64,000 nt of DNA. Origin: an uncultured Solirubrobacterales bacterium. Lineage in GTDB: Bacteria > Actinomycetota > Thermoleophilia > Solirubrobacterales > 70-9. The position numbers were made by a program, and so were the translations under genes. The stretch is taken from assembly GCA_963824215.1 (NCBI GenBank), contig CAWGOE010000004.1, positions 137,629 to 201,628 of the forward strand, in the 5' to 3' direction. The number at the start of each line of letters is the position of its first letter. The first letter of the stretch is position 1. The notes under the pieces were generated by a model. That model had not been told where the DNA came from and searched no databases. It was given only the letters and a program-made list of their open reading frames with translations. This document shows positions 61,268 to 64,000 of this stretch, one piece after another.

Positions 61268-62518
61268 CTAGGAGGCTAGGCCGAAGACGCGGCGGGCGTC
61301 GTCGAGGCCCTCGACCAGGCGGTCGATCTCCGCCGGCGTCGTGTAGACGCCGAAGCTGGCGCGTGCCGTGGCGGCGATCCCGAGGCGATCCATCAGCGGC
61401 TGCGCGCAGTGGTGGCCGGCCCGGACGGCGACGCCGTGGCGGTCGAGGATCTCCGAGACGTCGTGGGCGTGGACTCCCTCCAGCTCGAAGGAGACCGGTC
61501 CGAGGCGCTCGGGGGCGCGGGGTGGCCCGAAGATCCGCAGCCCCCGCACCTCGCCGAGGCTCGCCAGCGCGTAGTCGGTGATCTCGCGCTCGTGCTCGCG
61601 GACCGCCTCCATGCCGAGGGCGTCGAGCCAGCGCAGCGCTGAGGCCATCCCAATCGCTTGCGCAATCGCCGGCGTCCCCGCCTCGAAGCGGGCGGGCGGA
61701 TCGGCATAGGTCGTCCCCGCCGTCGTCACCTTGCGGATCATCGAGCCGCCGCCGAGGAAGGGCGGCATCGCGCGCAGCAGGTCGAGCTTGGTCCAGAGCG
61801 CGCCGATGCCGGTCGGCGCGTAGAGCTTGTGGCCGGTCAGGGCGTAGAAGTCGACGCCGAGCTCACCCACGTTCAACGGTAGCTTCGGCGCCGCCTGGGC
61901 GCCGTCGGCGAGGACCAGGGCGCCGGCGTCATGGGCGAGTCGGGCGATCTCGGCGACCGGGTTCTCCGTGCCGAGCACGTTGGAGACGTGGGCGACCGCG
62001 ACTAGCTTCGGCCCGCGCTCGAGCAGCGCCGCGTAAGCGTCCATGTCGAGCGTGCCGTCCTCGCCGACCGGCACCCAATCGATCTCGGCACCGACCCGCT
62101 CGGCGAGTTGCTGCCAGGGGACGATGTTGGAGTGGTGCTCCATCTCGGTCAGCACGACGCGGTCGCCGGCCCCGACGTTGGCATCGCCCCAGGCCCGCGC
62201 GACTAGGTTGATCGCCTCGGTCGCGTTGCGGACGAAGATCACCTCGCGCCGGTCGGCGGCGCCGAGGTGGTCGGCGACGGTCGCCCGCGCGCCCTCGTAC
62301 GCCGCGGTTGCCTCGGCCGAGAGCGTGTGCGAGCCGCGGTGGACGTTGGAGTGGTGGGTGCGCTCGTAGCGGTCGACCGCCTGGATCGAAGCCAGCACCC
62401 GCTGGGAGCTGGCGCCGCTGTCCAAGTAGGCGACCGGGCGTCCGTTGACCTCGCGCTCGAGCGCCGGGAAGGAGGCGCGGACTTTCTCGATCGGGAAGGC
62501 CGAAACGGAGACCGTCAT
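61268..62518 (-). CDS. sufS: Cysteine desulfurase SufS
   Basis: YLDSGASSQ, SNVLGT, LTGHKLYAPTGIG (PLP lysine) and RAGHHCAQP (catalytic Cys). Confidence 0.92.
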   Translation of the reverse strand: MTVSVSAFPIEKVRASFPALEREVNGRPVAYLDSGASSQRVLASIQAVDRYERTHHSNVHRGSHTLSAEATAAYEGARATVADHLGAADRREVIFVRNATEAINLVARAWGDANVGAGDRVVLTEMEHHSNIVPWQQLAERVGAEIDWVPVGEDGTLDMDAYAALLERGPKLVAVAHVSNVLGTENPVAEIARLAHDAGALVLADGAQAAPKLPLNVGELGVDFYALTGHKLYAPTGIGALWTKLDLLRAMPPFLGGGSMIRKVTTAGTTYADPPARFEAGTPAIAQAIGMASALRWLDALGMEAVREHEREITDYALASLGEVRGLRIFGPPRAPERLGPVSFELEGVHAHDVSEILDRHGVAVRAGHHCAQPLMDRLGIAATARASFGVYTTPAEIDRLVEGLDDARRVFGLAS

Positions 62519-62573
62519 TGGGTGGCGCCTCCAATAGATGCTTCGCCCAACCTCCGGTCGCACACCATCAGAA

Positions 62574-63407
62574 TTAGACGCTCCCTCCGGTTGGGCTCGC
62601 TGCTACCTCCTCGCGGATCCAGCCGTAGCCCTTCTCCTCGAGCTGGGTGACCAGCTCGGGGCCGCCCTCTTTGACGATCCGGCCCTCGAACATGACGTGG
62701 ACCGAGTCGGGCTTGACCATGTGCAGGATGCGCTGGTAGTGGGTGATGATGAGCACGCCCATGTCGGGCCCGGCGAAGGTGTTGACGCCATCGGCGACGA
62801 CCCGCAGCGCGTCGATGTCGAGACCGGAGTCGGTCTCGTCGAGAACCGCGATCTCGGGCTTCAGCAGCGCCAGCTGCAGCAGCTCCATCCGCTTCTTCTC
62901 ACCGCCGGAGAAGCCGTCGTTGAGGTAGCGGCTGGAGAAGTCTTTGGGGATGTTGGCGAGGGCCATCGCCTCCTGGGCGACCTTGGCGAACTCTTTGATC
63001 TTGATCTCGCCTTCGTCGCGGGCCTCGCGGCGGGCGTTGAGGATCATCCGCAGGTACTTGCTGACGGAGACGCCGGGGATCGCGACGGGATACTGGAAGG
63101 CCATGAAGAGGCCGGCGCGCGAGCGCTCGTCGGGGTCGGCCTCGGTCATGTCCTCGCCCTTGAAGACGATCGAGCCCTCGGTCACCTCAAGTGCGGGGTG
63201 GCCCATGATTGCGTTGGCCAGCGTCGACTTGCCAGAGCCGTTCGGACCCATCAGGGCGTGGACCTTGCCCTTCTCGACGTCGAGGTCGAGACCGCGGAGG
63301 ATCTGCTTGTCCTCGACGCTCACGTGCAGGTTGCGTATCTCCAGCTCAGCCAATGTCACTCCGTTCGTGTGATTCGTTGTGGTTCGGGGGTTCTGATCGA
63401 GCGTCAA
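62574..63407 (-). CDS. sufC: Fe-S cluster assembly ATPase SufC
   Basis: Walker A GPNGSGKST, signature FSGGEKKR and Walker B AVLDETDSGLD. Confidence 0.92.
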   Translation of the reverse strand: MTLDQNPRTTTNHTNGVTLAELEIRNLHVSVEDKQILRGLDLDVEKGKVHALMGPNGSGKSTLANAIMGHPALEVTEGSIVFKGEDMTEADPDERSRAGLFMAFQYPVAIPGVSVSKYLRMILNARREARDEGEIKIKEFAKVAQEAMALANIPKDFSSRYLNDGFSGGEKKRMELLQLALLKPEIAVLDETDSGLDIDALRVVADGVNTFAGPDMGVLIITHYQRILHMVKPDSVHVMFEGRIVKEGGPELVTQLEEKGYGWIREEVAASPTGGSV

Positions 63408-63880
63408 GCGGCGCTGCCGACGGGCGCCTTCTCGGCGTCGCCGGCGTTACCGCCAGAGAACTCGACCAGCTCGGCCAGCGTCGTGCCGGCGAGCGCCTTG
63501 GTGACGCCCCCTTGGACGCGGGTCCAGAGCAGCTTCGTCGCGCAGGCTCGGTCGCCATCGTTCTCGTGCGAGCAGAGGACCTTGCCCTCCGGCGTCTCGT
63601 GAAAGCACTCCATCGGCGCGATCTGCCCTTCCAGCGCCTCGACCACTTCGTCGAGGGTGATCGTCGCCGCCGGCTGGGCGAGCCGGTAGCCGCCGTGGGC
63701 ACCACGGGTCGACGTGACCAGACCCGCGTTGCGCAGTTTGGCCACCAAGTGCTCGAGGTAGGAGAGCGGCAGCCGCTCCGCCTCGGCGACGGCGCTGAGC
63801 GAAACCGGGGCGGACCCGGGCTGGCGGCCCAGCTCGACCATCAGGCGAACTCCGTACTCCGCTTTCGTCGAGAACAACAT
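63404..63880 (-). CDS. Rrf2-family transcriptional regulator (IscR/suf-regulator-like)
   Basis: KAEYGVRLMVELG..., LPLSYLEHLVAKLRNAGLV.S.RG.HGGY and C-terminal Cys residues. Heads the sufCS genes. Confidence 0.85.
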   Translation of the reverse strand: MLFSTKAEYGVRLMVELGRQPGSAPVSLSAVAEAERLPLSYLEHLVAKLRNAGLVTSTRGAHGGYRLAQPAATITLDEVVEALEGQIAPMECFHETPEGKVLCSHENDGDRACATKLLWTRVQGGVTKALAGTTLAELVEFSGGNAGDAEKAPVGSAA

Positions 63881-63907
63881 CGACCTAAATCCTACTGAAG
63901 CGGTCGG

Positions 63908-64000
63908 TTATGCGGATGCGGGCTCGGTCGCCTCTCGCGCCGCAGCCTCTTCGGCTTCCCGCTTGCCGATCTCGACGTGGGCCTTGCTATCGCGGTTGCT
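63908..64000 (-). CDS. 3' end of an unidentified gene (5' part outside window)
   Basis: Minus-strand frame reads ...SNRDSKAHVEIGKREAEEAAAREATEPASA then TAA (63908-63910). Too short to classify. Confidence 0.3.
   Translation of the reverse strand, partial: SNRDSKAHVEIGKREAEEAAAREATEPASA

Noticed and set aside
62538-63602. 354-aa plus-strand ORF opposite sufC
   Set aside because: Shadow ORF. The minus strand has Walker A, the ABC signature and Walker B.

Overview
High-G+C, actinobacterium-like chromosomal window; the taxon cannot be fixed from sequence alone. No rRNA, tRNA or CRISPR array was found.

Core genes:
- 1-20.9 kb: a tandem-repeat protein, gltB-like glutamate synthase, an FHA/zinc-ribbon protein, a class-B PBP, a MarP-like CvpA-protease, HxlR, xseAB, VOC, GNAT, and an AddAB/AdnAB-type helicase-nuclease pair.
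- 30.0-31.4 kb: a HAD hydrolase and a sufT-like DUF59 gene.
- 49.6-64 kb: fxsA, WS/DGAT, ispH, a thioredoxin-like protein, membrane proteins, and a rearranged suf cluster (Rrf2-sufC-sufS-sufU ... Rieske-sufB-sufD).

These core blocks are interrupted by two accessory regions that are visibly lower in G+C (judged by eye, not computed).

Island 1 (about 20875-29864) carries a DDE transposase-like gene. It also holds many XRE/ArsR/wHTH regulators, small membrane or secreted proteins and large unknown proteins. It is bounded by inverted TTCAAGTAAG termini and subterminal TTAGCGGGA motifs.

The second region (31369-49615) is a tandem pair of integrated elements in the 3' end of the sufT-like gene, marked by three direct repeats of that gene end.
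- The first is a roughly 14-kb integrative mobilizable element. It encodes a tyrosine integrase, Xis, a MOBF/TrwC relaxase-helicase and vapBC, but no T4SS or coupling protein is visible.
- The second is a roughly 4-kb decayed relative that has lost the integrase and retains only a frameshifted relaxase tail.

Most notable unexplained signals:
- A 19-aa micro-ORF with a strong Shine-Dalgarno site, conserved at peptide level in both tandem elements.
- A conserved branched inverted repeat just downstream of the relaxase, a candidate oriT.
- An expanded family of ArsR-like and small wHTH paralogs.
- An interleaved four-way inverted-repeat structure downstream of gltB.
- A dispersed 78-nt REP-like element.
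- An ispH-downstream intergenic region holding three copies of a motif, each heading a mini-ORF.
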